A DNA stretch of 56,397 nucleotides from Salpingoeca rosetta (GCA_033442325.1 JAWQFM010000001.1:2258044-2314440); one strand, 5' to 3'; shown: positions 29,803 through 45,411, numbered from the stretch's first letter. Notes: generated by a model from the sequence alone, not told the origin. A program made the numbers and translations.

Positions 29803-30607
29803 TGGCGACGTGGGTTCTGCTTGTCTCTTGCGTCTCTTCCTCCCCTCCCTTGTACCGGTTCCCTCTCCCTTGTCTCTTCTGTTGTCCCCTGATTCGCTTC
29901 CTTGTTGCTCCCGCCGTGTTGGTGTTATTCTTGATTAGCATGACGTGTCAACTTGCGTCTGTGTGCTGACGGTGTGCGCGACGAGTGCCATCTTCAGGAA
30001 TATGGATGAAGCCCTTACTCGTCCCTTGTTCCTGCATGCCATGCTGTTGCCTTCACCCAATACCCCCTTTGTTACACTCCCCACGTGCCATGCCCGCTGT
30101 GCGTTGCCACCACCAACACGCTGTTTGCCCGTTGCGGTCTTGCTGTTGTCCAGTGTTGCTTGCTCTCGCCTTTTGGCTAGCGTTTGCTGCCTTGGCTTGT
30201 GGTTCCTGAACAATGCATCCCTTGTAACCGCAGTGCCAATGTGCGGCTCGTCACGTGTGTGCGCGTGTGTAGAGTTTTCATTGGTCAGCGAAAAGAGGCT
30301 GACATAATGCGAGAGAGTATGTGTGTGTGTCTGTGTGTCTGTGTGTCTGTGTGTGTGGAGGGGGGACAGAGAGAGAGAGAGACAAAGAAAAACAAGGGCG
30401 TAATGACAATCGAAAGCAAAAGCAAAAGCAAAAACAAAGAAGCAAGCAATGAAAGGTAGAACACGTGTGGAATGCGAGAACAGCAACATCAGCTCATGTG
30501 TGAAACAACACACGACACGAGTGCCATGTCAACAACAAAAACAACAGCAGCACACACGCTATCGAGGAATCAATTACATATGGGGGCGACGCGTCGTGCC
30601 CTGCTGC

Positions 30608-30942
30608 TCACGCAACAGACTCGTAAGGGTCCGACGTCTCAATCGTGGTTGGCAGGTCCGCACTCAGCTGCGTCACAATCTGCCCGCCACCGAGTTCAAC
30701 ATCATCGCCGCCACGTGCGCCCTTGCCTCTGCCTTTGCCACCGCCATTGTCCGCGGGGGAGTGTCCGGACCCTGCAACGCCGCTGTACATGTTTGCGGAG
30801 CGGGCAAGCGGGTTGATGGTGATGCCCGCAGCAGCAGAGGCTGACGTGTGGATGTCTGCAGCGGCAACGCGCCGGTTATATGCCCCTTGCCCTGATGTGG
30901 TGGTGGTGGTGGTGGTGGTGGTGGTGGTGGTGGTGGTGGTGG

Positions 30943-30985
<43 letters not shown>

Positions 30986-32027
30986 GGTGAGGTTGTTGCT
31001 GTTGCGTTATGTATCGCAGGTGAAGATGATCAGATAGGAGAACGTACTGTTCTTGGCTTTGACGCTGACGAAGATGACGACTGCGATCAAGATAATCCCT
31101 GCAGCCACGCCGACGGCCGCGCCCGTCTCGCTACACACAGACGCAGATACACACACACACAGACACGTGTTCACACACATGCAAAACAAGAGGAGGAGGA
31201 GGAGGAGGAGGTGGTGGTGGTGGTGGTGGTGGTGGTGAGCGGAATAGTTTTGTTTTTGTTTTTTTTTGGGGGGGGGGGAGGGGGAGGGGGGGGGGCACTT
31301 GCTGCGTGTGTGAGGTGAGTACAGCACATGTGATGAGGATGGTGACGACACAACAGTTTCGCACTTACGTCATGCCCCACTTGAAACCCGCGGATCGACC
31401 TACACATCCAGCAACAACACCAGAAAGGGGTGAGTTGGTCAACGGGCTGTGTGTCTCTGTGCCTGTGTATGTCTGTGTGTCTGTGCATGTCTGTGCATGT
31501 CTGTGTTTATGTGTCTGTGCCTGTGTCTGTGTCTGTGTCTGTGTCTGTGTATGCGTATGTCTGTGTGTGTGTGCCTGTATGTGTATATGTGTGTATCAGA
31601 TCGCCAAACGCAACTCAGGACCACATTCGCAACCCATTTGTGATTCACATAGACACACACAGCACAACACCTGCTTCTGGCGTGGTTGCTGCTGGGTCGG
31701 CGGTGGTGGTCGACCCTCCGCTCGGGCCCGTGCCAGGCTGTGCACCGGTACCGCCTGTCACTGTCGTTGTCGTCGTCGTTGTTGTTGTTGTGGTGGTGGT
31801 GAACACGTCCTGTGCAATGGGGACGGGGGCGCCATCAATGTTGATGGATGCGGCGGCGAACAGGCGGCTTGACAGCACCGCCAGCGGTACATTCTCGTCC
31901 GGAACAGCGATCGTCACCCGCACACTCAGCGCATTCACCGCGCTCACCTGTGTGTGTGTGTGTGTGTGCGTGTGTGTGTTGGGGGAGGGGGTTGGGGAGG
32001 GGGTTCGTCGTGGTTCGTGTGAGTGAA

Positions 32028-32107
<80 letters not shown>

Positions 32108-33192
32108 TGTGTGGAATGGAAGTCAGTGTGCAAGTCAGTGTGCAAGTCAGTGTGCGAGAGAGTGGAAGTGAGTCAGTGTGGGGTTGGCGTGCAAGGGGTG
32201 ACGTGCTGTGTGCATGAGGGACGGGCACATGTGCGCAATGCATGTGTCACGCACGTCTGTGATGTCGATATCAGCAGTCGTTTGGAGAGCAGTCTTCAGC
32301 GCAGCAATGACGGCTGCAAGCATATCACCCAGCGACACAAGGGGCACAAGTGAGTGCATGACAACAGGCCCCACCGTACGCGTGCACATGCATGCGAAGC
32401 CTGCACCCAGAGCGAGGAACCAACAGAGGGAACAACACATGCGCACAGTGTGTACGTGTGTGTGTGTGCGTGCGTGCGTGTGTGATTGTTTGTTTACCTG
32501 CGCGCCCGTCTGTGGTGAAATCGCCTGCAGACATCTGCACAAGTACACGGGAGCAAAGCAGTGGCCGACGAATATGGTGGTGAGGACGGCACAACAGCAT
32601 CAGGGACACAAACACGCACGGAAACAGATCCCAAATGTCCACACATCCACTTACACATCCACCTGCACATCCACCTGCACGTTCACATGTATACACGGGG
32701 CACACGTGCAGCGGCACTTACATGAGGCGCCAGCATGCTCTTCAGAAAGTAGCTGTGCAACACACCTGTTGTTGTCAGAACAAACAACCACACACACACA
32801 CACACACATACACGCACATACAAACACACACACACGCACACGTGAGCAGGTATTAAGATGTGAACGAACAAAGAGCTGCAAAGCGTGACACACGGGGAGG
32901 CGAAGAAGGCAACATGCGCATGCGCATACAGCGCGTGCAATGTGACAGTGTATGCGCGTGTGCATGTTGTGCGTATTGTGTGTATTTGCACGTGTGTGAG
33001 AGCATGAACCCACGTTGGCCAAGGCAGACGCCCCGATCTGTGCATGTGTCTCCCTCGGTTTCTGGATTGCCGTCATCACACATGTTGCCACCACCCTGTG
33101 TGAACGAAACAAAGCATAGACAAAGGCGATGTTATGTGTCGTTCAACGGTTCACACGTGCGCATGTGCATGTGCGCATGTGCGCATGTGCGC

Positions 33193-33231
<39 letters not shown>

Positions 33232-34331
33232 GCACATACACACAAGCAAATACACACACAGACGCACGCACGCACACGCCATCAGTGCTTACCGGGTACT
33301 CGTCGCGCACTAGCTCACAGTTGAGCTCGCCTTCATGGTTGAAGCGAAAGAAGCAGTGCTCGCCGGTGTTTGCACAGCACGTGGCAAAGCACGCCGGGTC
33401 CTGGCGCACGTGGACAAGAAACTTGCGGCCACTGTTGCATTCGCTCTTCTTGTCGGAGATGAAGTAGATGGTGTCATTCACGGAAAAGCCCTGGCACCAC
33501 AAACCAAATCATACAGACAAGGAGGGGGGGGTTCAGGAATAAGCACGGGTTGGTTGAGCTCAACCACGCATCGAGGCCGCCCACGCCAAGCAACGCAGTC
33601 ACGCAACATTGTCCTCACGTACCGTCAATGCAATGTCTTTCCAAGGGTGCCGGTCCGGCGCCTGTGCTTGTGGAACTGGGATGTAGAGCTTCTCTGTTCC
33701 GCAGTACTTGGCTTCGCCGGCGTTTGGATCCAGGGAGGCGTCGCACTCATCGTACGCAGCCTTGTTGACGATTTGAAACGCAATGAGACCGCCAGTGCAG
33801 GACTGTGCGTACACAAACCCATTGGCGTACATCTGGTAGCGAAGAAAGGTGTCGGGAACATGAATGTCATGAGCACAAGGTCACACAACATGCGGCTCCA
33901 CTAAGCAGACGAACGTTGTGTGTGTATGTGTGTATGTGTGTGTGTGCGCGCGCATGTGTGCGCATGTGTGTTTTTGTGTGTTTCTGTGTGTGTATGTGTG
34001 TATCTGTGTGGTTTTGTGTGTGCATGTGTCTGTGTGTCTGTGTGTGTCTGTCTGTCTGTCTGTCTATCTCTGCGCATGTGTGTTGCAAGACAAGTGCCAT
34101 CATGGCATGACTGGAGAGAGTCTCTTGCCTCCTCATCCTCGAGCAACCCGACACCACCCAACACCCCAACACCACCCAACGCACCTCGTAGCCACCAGGA
34201 GGCATGGTGTCCAGATGTGGGTCGATAACGTCAATCTCAAAGGCAGGCTCAGCGCGTGTGGTCGCAGGCAGCAGCACGGCCACCGCTGCCGCCGCCGCTG
34301 CCACGGCCACTAGCAATCTCAACAACATCAT
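30608..34331 (-). CDS. Type I membrane protein: signal peptide, ephrin/cupredoxin-like domain, Cys-rich repeat, SEA-like region, Thr-rich stalk, TM helix, Tyr-containing tail
   Basis: About 11 exons joined in consistent phase. Signal peptide [27 protein letters not shown]; [47 protein letters not shown]; [19 protein letters not shown]; poly-T; [26 protein letters not shown]; tail ending DPYESVA*. Confidence 0.8.
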
Positions 34332-34400
34332 TCACGTCCTTCTGGCTTGCGCTTGTTTGCGCTTGCTTGCTTGCTTGCTTCTTGCTTGCTTGCTTGCTTT

Positions 34401-34436
<36 letters not shown>

Positions 34437-34705
34437 GTTGGTTGCTTGGATCCTGGGCTCAGCACCGTCCACCACACCACACCCTTCTTTTCTCTTTGCT
34501 GCTGCGCCAAATCCAGCTCAGGCGACGCGGAAATGTGGCCATATCTTCACGCATTCGTCCACAACCACCACTGCGAAGCAGATAAGGCAACAAGAAAGCA
34601 AAGCTGCTGAGCCTTTCGCGCGCACAGCACACACACTTGCTGAGAAACACACGTAGCACACGAAGGAACACAAAAGGGCACTGTGGTTGTTGGCGTCGTT
34701 GAAGC

Positions 34706-36152
34706 ATGGCGGCGTATTACCTGACGTATGCCGTCAAGCCCACGGCTGTGACAGAGGCGCTCACCGTCAACCTGTTTGAGGCAGACTCGCCATGCTTGGT
34801 GTTGGCCAAGTCAACCCATCTGCAAGTGTTCAAGGTGAGGTGGCTCAGCGAACCATGATGTGCATGAATGATCAAGGAGCGACAAGTGCTGGATGGTGGC
34901 AGTGACGATTGCCCTGAATGCTTGGACCCTGGTACATCCTCGGCTCCCCTTTTTGCTTTGCTCCTTCCCACAATATCTGTGTGGCTCTCACACGTTGGGG
35001 TGGGGGGGGGGTTGTTTTTTTTTTTCTGTTGTTGTTGTTGTTGTTGTTGACCTTGCGCTGGAGCACAGATGGGTGAGCAAGGGCTGGAACCTATTCACGA
35101 CTACCCCGTGTACGGCAAAGTGGCATGCATTCGCAAGATGACATTCCCTCAGGTTTGTCTTGAGCCGAGTGTGTGTGTGTGTGTGTGTGTGTGTGCCTGT
35201 GTGTGTGTGTCTGTCTGTGTGTCTGTGTGTCTGTGTGTGTGTCTGTCCGTCTGTCTGTCTGTCTGTGTGTCTGTCTGTCTGTGTGTTTGTGCTGTGCCTG
35301 TCGATTGTATGTGTCACCGAGCTCTTGCCTGCGCGCACACGAGATAAATAGCTCACGACCATGTCCATCCTCCACTCCCGCTGCTGATGCTGTGACAGAT
35401 GAAAGGCCTTGACTCGCTCTTGGTCATGACAGATGACATGCGATTTTTTGTGCTCACCTTCAACGAGCACACAAAGAAACTAGAAACACACACCAACGGC
35501 AACCTCCTTGTACGCCCATGCTACATGCCATTTGATTTTGGGTTTGCGTCATTGTTGCACACGTGCGTCGGACGTGTGTGACATGTGCGTGTGTGTTCTT
35601 GTTCGTACGCGCACGCGCGGTCGCACTTCTGTTGCCGACATGTCCACATGGGGTGTGCTCATCAACAACCGCTCCATAACGACGATGTATTGGGCTGCAG
35701 AACCCAAGCTCGTTTCCCATGGAGACCGGCCCGCTCGTTGCTGTCGACCCAGACTGCCGCGTCATTGTCATGGCAATGTACCCTGGCCTCGTCAAGGTGT
35801 GCGCACATGCATGTGTGCATATGTTTGTCCGTGTGTGCGCGAGCGTGTGTATGTGTAGCTACTCCTGTTCTCGAAGTCCCCGCCCTACTCGTGCCTCCCC
35901 CTTGCTTAATCGCCCGCGCGGTGCCCGTCCTTACTTTGCCCCACACACCCTGCCAGATTCTGCGCATCCACGGGTGCAAGTTTGAGGAGGAGGCGAGCGA
36001 GGCGCGGCTGGATGCAGACCAGGTGCTGTCCATGGCCATGCTGCACGGCTGCGCAGAGCCAACACTCGCCGTCCTCTGCCAGCGCGCTGACCAGCGCTTC
36101 GTCAAGCTCATGCGCGTCACCGTACGTGCCCGCAGAATTGCGCGTGCTTGTT

Positions 36153-36218
<66 letters not shown>

Positions 36219-39200
36219 TGTGTGTTCGTGTGTTTGTGTTTGTGTGTGGGTGTGTGACATGCATGGCTGCATGCATGCTCTATGTGAGCCTTTTAAGTGC
36301 AGTGTCTTCGCCTCTCTGGCTGTGACAACGCCTCACGTTGCCACGGTTGTACGCACATGTGCATGTGTGCGCTCATGTGCTCATGTGTGTGTGCATGCGT
36401 GTGCAGTCCCGCAATGAGCTGGTGGAGGTGTCATCTGTGTGGAAGACGCGACTCGAAGGCGCCGTGCCAGATTCGGCCCACTTTCTTCACCCAGGTACAC
36501 GCATGAGATCACATTTTCACACGGTCTTGGTTCCACGCGCTGATGCTTGCAATGCCCTGCAACATTCTGCGCTCACACGCACACACACACACTCTCTCTC
36601 TCTCACTTGCATGCACACACACTCACACATGCACACACACACATACGTGCACACTCACACATGCACACACACACATACGTGCACACACATACACAATGCA
36701 CGCCTTCGCCACTTGCCGTGCCTGCTGCCGCCGCCGCAGTGCCCAACACGAGCGAGGGGTGCCTGGTGTTTGGGGCGGACGCGGTTGTGTATGCGGATGC
36801 AAACGGATACAAGGCGGCGAGCATCCCCGAGATGATGGTGCAGGCCGTGGCCGACGTCGACGACTCGGGCGCACGCTTTCTCATTGGTGAGGGGCTGGGA
36901 TCGGCTTTTCGGCATTGGCTGGCAGGGGAATTGTTGCCGACGCATGCAAAGTGCACACACACATACTCACAATTGATCAAATTCAACCATCATCCGACAC
37001 ACTTCACAATGCAAATACACACGCGCATCGCACACACACTCACACACGCCCTTGCACATGGTTACCCTCACAAACCCCCTACCCCGCTTGGCACGTGGCA
37101 ATGCGGTGTCTGCCGGCGGTGCAGGCGACAGTCTCCGGGGCGGACTCGCGCTGCTGGTGCTGGAGCGGGAGGAGGACCAGGTGCAGCAGATTGTGTACGA
37201 GCCGTTTGGCGAAACAGTTGCGCCGTCCACGCTCGCGTACCTCGACAACAGCGTCGTCTTTGTCGGCAGCGTTGTCGGCGACAGCCAGGTGATTGCCAAA
37301 TGGGCTTGCTTGCTTGCTTGCTTGGTCGACTCTTTTGTTGTCCGGCTGGCTGGCTGAGGGTGAGAAAGAGGGGGGAGGGAGGGCTCCATGAGGAGGGTGG
37401 TCTGCAGTGTTGGATTTGTCTGCAGGCTATGCTGTTACACCGCTGATGCTCCCCGTGCATGTGCTGTTTCACTTTAGGTGGTCAAGCTGGAGACCGACGA
37501 CGACAACCAGAACAAAATCATCGTCCTTGATGTGCGTATGCTTGCCTGTGCTGCCCTGTACTCTCTTCCATTCTCCCCGTCCTCCACCCGTTGACATCTG
37601 CCCACCTGCCCACTTGGCTCACATGTGTGCAGTCCCAATTCACGTGCTGACCAATGTCCTGCGGCTGTCTATATCGTGTGTCTGCGTACGTCTGTGTGTA
37701 TGTATGCATGCCTGCACATATTGCACATATGTGCGTCTACCTGTGCGCTGGCGTGGCTGCAGACACACGAGAACATTGGGAGCGTGCTTGACATGTGCTC
37801 GCTGCCGCAAGCGTCGTTTGGCGAGACGCGGCTTGTAACGGCATCTGGGGCGGGCAAGGACGGCTCCCTGCGTGTGATCCAGCGCGGTGTCAACATCACG
37901 AGCTCGGCAACCGTGCAGCTCGACGACCTGCAGGTAAACCCCCTTCCTCCTCCCTCACCTTCATGCCCCATCTAGGACGGCTGTACACAACACACATGCT
38001 TACACGTGTACATGCACACGCACACGCGTACACGTGCATGCACATGGAATCACATGTATGAGTGTGTGTGTGACGCCGCCTCCTCCCGTCCACTGCCGCT
38101 TGTGTGGTGTGTCACGTTTCTTTGGTTTGTCTACGACTCGTTGTCTGTGTGTGTGTGTGTGTTGTTGGCCCTGTTGCCTGACATGTGTATGTGCGTGTGA
38201 CTGTTGTGATTGCAGCGTGTGTGGGTGCTCACCAAACCCAGCGGAGAAGCAGAAGCAGCAACAGAAGAGAGTTTTCTTGCCCTCTCCTTTGCCGGCGGCC
38301 TCGCTTTTCTCCAATTCGAGGGCGAAGAGGTGCGCACAACTGCGCATGTGTGTGTGTGTGTGTGCGTGTGTGCTTGCTTATCTGTCTGTTTGCCTGTTTG
38401 TCTGTTTGTCTGTGTTGCCCGTTGTCGGCATGTAAGCCGGTTGTTGCTGGTGCAGTGTGCGCATGGATGATGTAAGTTGGTGACACCTCGTTGCAGTCAC
38501 GCATGTTTACGTTGTGTTGCCCTCCTTTTGCTTGAACTCACATACGCACACGCTCGCACACACACGCACATGCACGCACACGAACATGCGACAGCTGTGT
38601 GGGTTTGAGGTTCCGTCGGCACCGTCCGACCCTGCACTACTCTGCTCCAACGTTGCAGAGAATCAGGTCCGCACCCAGCAGCTAACCGTTTCCGCGACGT
38701 CCTTGTTTTGCAAGTCACTGCACGTTACTGCCACGAATTACCCCATTTTGGACACCCATACATGCACCCAACACACTCACATCATCACCATCCGCATCAT
38801 CATCATCATCATCTTCGCCATCACTACGACCCCTACACGTGCGTGTATACGATAACGGTACCGATCAGTGGCTGTTTGTGACGGAGGATGAGGTCGTGCT
38901 GGTGTGCGCCGAAACACTCGCTCGCGTTGCGGAATGGAAAGCAGCAGAGGGACAGGTGCGTGCATGGTGAACGCAACACACAGCAGCGAGGAGGGAGGGA
39001 GCGGGATGATGGTGGTGAAGAGGTGCTTTGTTATTCATGTTGCCGTACTCATTTGAGTTGATTGAACACGGCGCACTTGTTGAGTGCCTACACCCTGTCA
39101 CATCTGCCCTCGTTAACCCCTGAAGGCCACTCTAACAACGTTCCTGTAACCACGTGCCCCATGCACCGCCCGCGATGTCACCACTGTCCACAACAGGCCA

Positions 39201-41664
39201 TCGGTGCATGCGCGTGCAGTGAGAAGCAGCTTGTGGTGTCGAGTGGACGACAGCTGCTCATCTTTGAGATTGCAAAGGGAAAACTCACGCAAACAAAGGA
39301 CACAACGCTGGAGCACGAGCTCTCGTGTCTTGGTCAGCCATGCGGTGTTGTTGTGGGCCGTGTGTTCCACGCGTCTGTGTGTGTGTGCGTGTCTGTATGT
39401 GTGTGTGTGCGTGTGTGTGTCTGTGTGTGTCTGTGTGTGTGTGTGCTGGTCATGAAAGCGTGCCTCAACGCTAGCAGCTCACATGCACCCTGTGCCTGTT
39501 TGCACATGCCTGCCTGCATGCGTCTAGACATTCTTCCCGTGAACGATGACGGCACGAGTGTGATGGTTGCGGGCACGTGGAACGTTGAAGCGAAGGTGTA
39601 CCACCTTCCCTCGATGCGCGTTGCCTCCTCAGCACCGTTCAAAGCCGGTGTTATTGCAACGTCGTGCGCAATCACGCGGCTTGGCGATCAGAACGTCGCG
39701 TTCTTCGGGATGGGAGACGGATCCGTGGTCCGCTACATCTTTGCCGAAGGCAGTTGTAAGTTGGCCGCTAGCATTGCTTTGGGTTTTGCATGTGCAAGAA
39801 GGGAACAGATACGCACACACATACACACACATGCGCATTCTCTTTCTCTGTGCACCCGTGCGTGCACTTGGGTGAACGAGAATGCTTGCTGCACCATGCC
39901 CTACCTGCTGCCATTGCGACTGCTTGCCGACTTGACATGATGTGCCGGTGTGTTTCCATCCAAACAGGGCATATGACCAACCAGCGACACGTGCATGCAG
40001 GCAAGCAGCCCGTGTCGCTTGTCTCGTGCAAGTTTGCCTCTGGCCCTGCCGTCGTCGCCCTCTCAAACACGTCCCTCCTCTTCTACGCGGACTCAGGCGT
40101 AAGTGTGTGTCTGTGTGTCTGTGTGTCTGTGTGTGTCCGTGTGTCCGTGTGTATGTGTCTGTGTGTGTGTCTGTGTGTGTCTGTGTGTATGTGTGTGCGT
40201 AGACAAATGCGCACATAGGCACATATACAACATACACACATGCATACAAGCAACATACACACGCAAGTTGCATACTTGTGTCTGTGCACTTGAAACACGT
40301 GCTACAGCTAGTGCCCCTCACCTGATGCTGTGCATTACCGTGTCCTGTGCAGCGAGTGACGTTTTCCACCTTGAACGAGGCGAACTTGACGTGCGTTGCG
40401 CCCCTGAGCACGCCCGCCTACCCTGACAGCCTCGTCTTCTCCACCCCAGCCAGCCTCGGCATTGGCCAGATTGGGCGCATGAACAACCTCCACATCAACA
40501 AGGTACCGTTCGCCTCGGCTGGCCACCCCAGACACACCCTCCACACACGTGTGCGTGCACAAGCAAAAGCATACACACACACATACCTGCATAAACCGAC
40601 ACGTTCGCGCGTTTGCACGTATGTACAAGATACACACAGCACGTGCGTTGACCACACAACTGCTGGTTCCACTGGCCCTTCGCCTCGCAGGTTGCGCTTG
40701 GCTTCTCGCCCGTGTCCCTGACGACCATCTCGGCCAACCCCTCGTATGTCGTGGTGGTAGGCCACGTCGATCAAGGTGCGTCGCTTTAAACGCGCTTCTC
40801 GGTCGTCCTGTCATGCTGCTGACAGCGTTGATTTGTTGTTGCTGTCGCCTAAATTGCTCGATTGCTGACCTTGCCTTGCGTGCTGGCCCTGTATGTTGTT
40901 CGCATGTGTATGTGTGTGTGTGTGTGTTTTGAAGAGGATGGAGGGATTGCGAGTGCCATCCGCGTGTTTGACGGGACGACGCTGGAGATGGTTGCATCGC
41001 ACGAGCTGCCGGCTCCGGAGGCCGTCAACTGCGTCATCCAGCACAAATTCAAGGACGACAACACAGAATACTTCATCATCGGTGTGTGTGTGTGTGTGCG
41101 TGTTTCTGATTGTCCTCTGTGCATGTCTTCACATCACTGCCACACCACTCATCACCGCAACGGCGTTACTGTTGTCGTCGTGTCCAGGAACGGCGTTTGT
41201 GGACCCGACGGAAACACAGCCGTCACGCGGCCGGATCCTCATCTCCAAACTCGAAAACAAGAAGGAAATCGCAATCGTCCACGAATGCGAAGCAGCGGTG
41301 TGTGTCTGTGTCTGTGTCTGTGTCTGTATGTCTGTCTGTCTGTCGGTGTGCGGCTTTGCTCGTGCTTGCCGCCTCCAGCTCACGTTGTCGTGCGTATGTG
41401 TGTGTGTGTGTGTGCGTGCGTGCATTTGCAGGGGAGCGTGTACTGCTTGACAAAGATGTGTGGGAAGGACACAGATGATCTGGTTGCGGGGATCAACAAC
41501 CAGGTTGTTCACTTCAAATACGATGCGACTGGACAGGACGCTGCCAAGAAGCTCCGAGCAGGTGACGACGACATGAGCCTCGATTGCCGTGTGCTTGTTT
41601 GCAGCCGCGCGTGCGTGTTGCATGTGCTGGTGTGGCATGCCACATGCTTAGTGCATTCATTTGG

Positions 41665-41696
<32 letters not shown>

Positions 41697-43094
41697 ACTC
41701 GCGCGCACATACACTTGCACACACACTTGCGCACATGCTCACACGTGTATTTGTATTGTTGGGTTGCGTGTGCATCATATCTGCTGCGTCGCTGCTGTTT
41801 CGTCCAAGCAGTGAGTGGCAACCAGAACTTTGGCGCCGTCGTCTCCCTCGACAGCTGGTGACTTGCAATTCCTGTTGACCACCAGTGCACCGTCGTCATT
41901 GGGACCTCTTGCCCTTGCATGACAACCCATGCCTCACACGTGCACATGTTTGTGTGTGTGTGTGTGTGTGTGTGTGCGGTGGATGCAGCGACGACATTGT
42001 GCTTGTTGGCGATATGCTCAACGCCGTCTTTGTCATGCAGAAGGCGCAGGACAAACTGCAACTCGTACGCTTCAAGCTTGTGTGTGTGTGTGTGTATGTG
42101 TGCGTGTGTGTGTGTGCGTGTGTGTGTGTGCGTGTGTGTGTGTGCCTGCCTGTGCGTGTCTGCGTAAATGTGGGTGCATGTCTGTGGGTGTCTGCGTAAA
42201 TGTGTATGAGTGTGCGTGTGTGTGCGTATGTTGTTGGGTGAGCTGATACCTGTTGGTGCAACGTGTTGCGCACTGCTGCGTACAGGTGGCTGGAAGTCAA
42301 ACAGCCAATTGGGTGTCGTCGTGCGCGCTTGTCAACGAAACAGTCTTCCTTGTCGCGTCGCATGCCCACTCCCTCTCCGTGTGCCAGGTAGGCGGTGCTT
42401 TGTCACCCAGTGTCCCCCTTGCCACGAGCCTCTTTACAGAGGGGAGAGTGTGTGAATATGTGTGTCTGTGTGAACATGTGCCTGTCTGTCCGTGTGTGTG
42501 TGCACCTTTACGTGCCTTTATCGCAGCTCATTGCAACTTCTCATTGTTGCTCTCTGTGTATGTGTGTCTGTGTCTGTGTGTGTGTGTGGCTGTGTGTATG
42601 TGTATCTGTGTGTATGTGTGTGTGTGTGTGTGTTCTGCACCCCCCCCCCCCCCAGCGCGAGTTTGAGCCCGGCTCGACCATGCAGACGCTCAACGCCAAG
42701 TTTGAGATCTACCTTGGGGAGACGGTGACCTCGTTCGTGCGTGCGGCGCTGGGCTCTGCGGCTGCCGTCGACAGTAGCATGCCGCTACGCAACACCTTCT
42801 TTGTTGTACGTTCGCCTCATAGTCATGGATTGCACACGTATACAGATTGAAAAGGCACACACGCACATGCACGCATGGTTACCGTCTGGATGCACGCATG
42901 GTGTCTGCATATGTGCATTCGCATATGTGTGTGTGTGAGAGAGTGTGTGTTGCCGGCCACGATTGTCTAATTTTGGTCTTACATGCCTGGTTTCATTCAG
43001 TTTGGCACAATGGGTGGTGGCTTGGCGTGCTTGCTGCCGCTCACACCGCCACAGACGGAACTCCTGACAGCGGTACGCTTGTTTGTCTTGGCAT

Positions 43095-43184
<90 letters not shown>

Positions 43185-43290
43185 CCATATTCGCGCGCGC
43201 ACTCACACACGCACGTAACGATGATGGTGGGTCCGAAACGGCAACACCTCCGTGTGTTCGAACAATGGTGTATGTGCTGACGATTGCCAA

Positions 43291-43366
<76 letters not shown>

Positions 43367-43971
43367 CCCCAGCTGGAGTGCAGGATGGAAGAGAAAATCG
43401 GGGGTCTTGGTGGGCTGGACCACAGGGAATTCCGGACAGCGCGGGACGAGCAGCGCATGGCGCAACAAGGTTGGGCTTGGGAGCATGCAAGGATGAAGTG
43501 ACAATGTACACTGCCTACACGCTCTCTTTGGTGTGCCTGTATGCACGTGTATCGTGTGCAAGGCTGACCAGTACTTACACACCGTGGCGTTGCATGTGCG
43601 TGCCTGCGTGTGTGCATTGATTTCAGTGAACCCACGCCTTGTTGATGGCGACCTGGTTGAGACGTTCTTGCAGCTGCCAGAAGAAGAGCAGAAGGAGGTG
43701 CGTCTTGTGTGTCTTGTGTGTCTGTCTGTCTGTCTGCTTGTGTCAGAGTGTGATTGTGTGTGTGGAGCCGCTCTTGTGTGGTTTTGTTGTGCCAGATGTG
43801 TCAGGCCACTACTCCGTCTCGTGCTCACGTCACCACGTCACACGCCAATGACACGCGACTGCGCTGCAGCTGGTGGCCGGCATGTCCCTCATGGGCGAAG
43901 ACGGCCGCCCGTACGTGGTGACCGCTGAAGTGGCCAAGGCGGCGCTTGAAGCAATGGCGCGATTGCATTGA
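34706..43971 (+). CDS. DDB1: DNA damage-binding protein 1 (CUL4 adaptor), many exons
   Basis: [133 protein letters not shown]. Confidence 0.95.
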
Positions 43972-44401
43972 ATAGGCAGGCGCGTGCTGCTGGCACGAAG
44001 CACATGCTGCTGTTGCCATGTCATATCGCCACCACACCCTACATGCCTGACGCCTTGCTTGCTTGCTTGCTTGCTTATTGGTTGATATGTCATTTAACTT
44101 TACACACCGCTCTCGGTGACCAGTTCAAGGAATGGGAGCTGGGGAGAAGCAAAGGTACACACGTGAGGGTGCAAAGCAAAGCGGGTCCTGATCATCGGAG
44201 AAGTGCCACACGTGGTGTGAACTTAACGTCTGTGAGAGCAAAATGGCCATGTGCAGTGCTTAGCACGCACGAACCAACAAACAAACAGCCCTCACGTTCA
44301 AAGCGAAACCAGATCCGCGATGCATATGGGAAGCACGACCAGGGTAGGAACACACCGACGAACGACTGCACTGCGAGGCCCTCAACGGTGGTGCGTTATC
44401 A

Positions 44402-45357
<956 letters not shown>

Positions 45358-45411
45358 CCTCTCCTTGTTTGGTGTTTGTCTCACAATCAACCGAAAATAA
45401 CCGTTCGCGTT

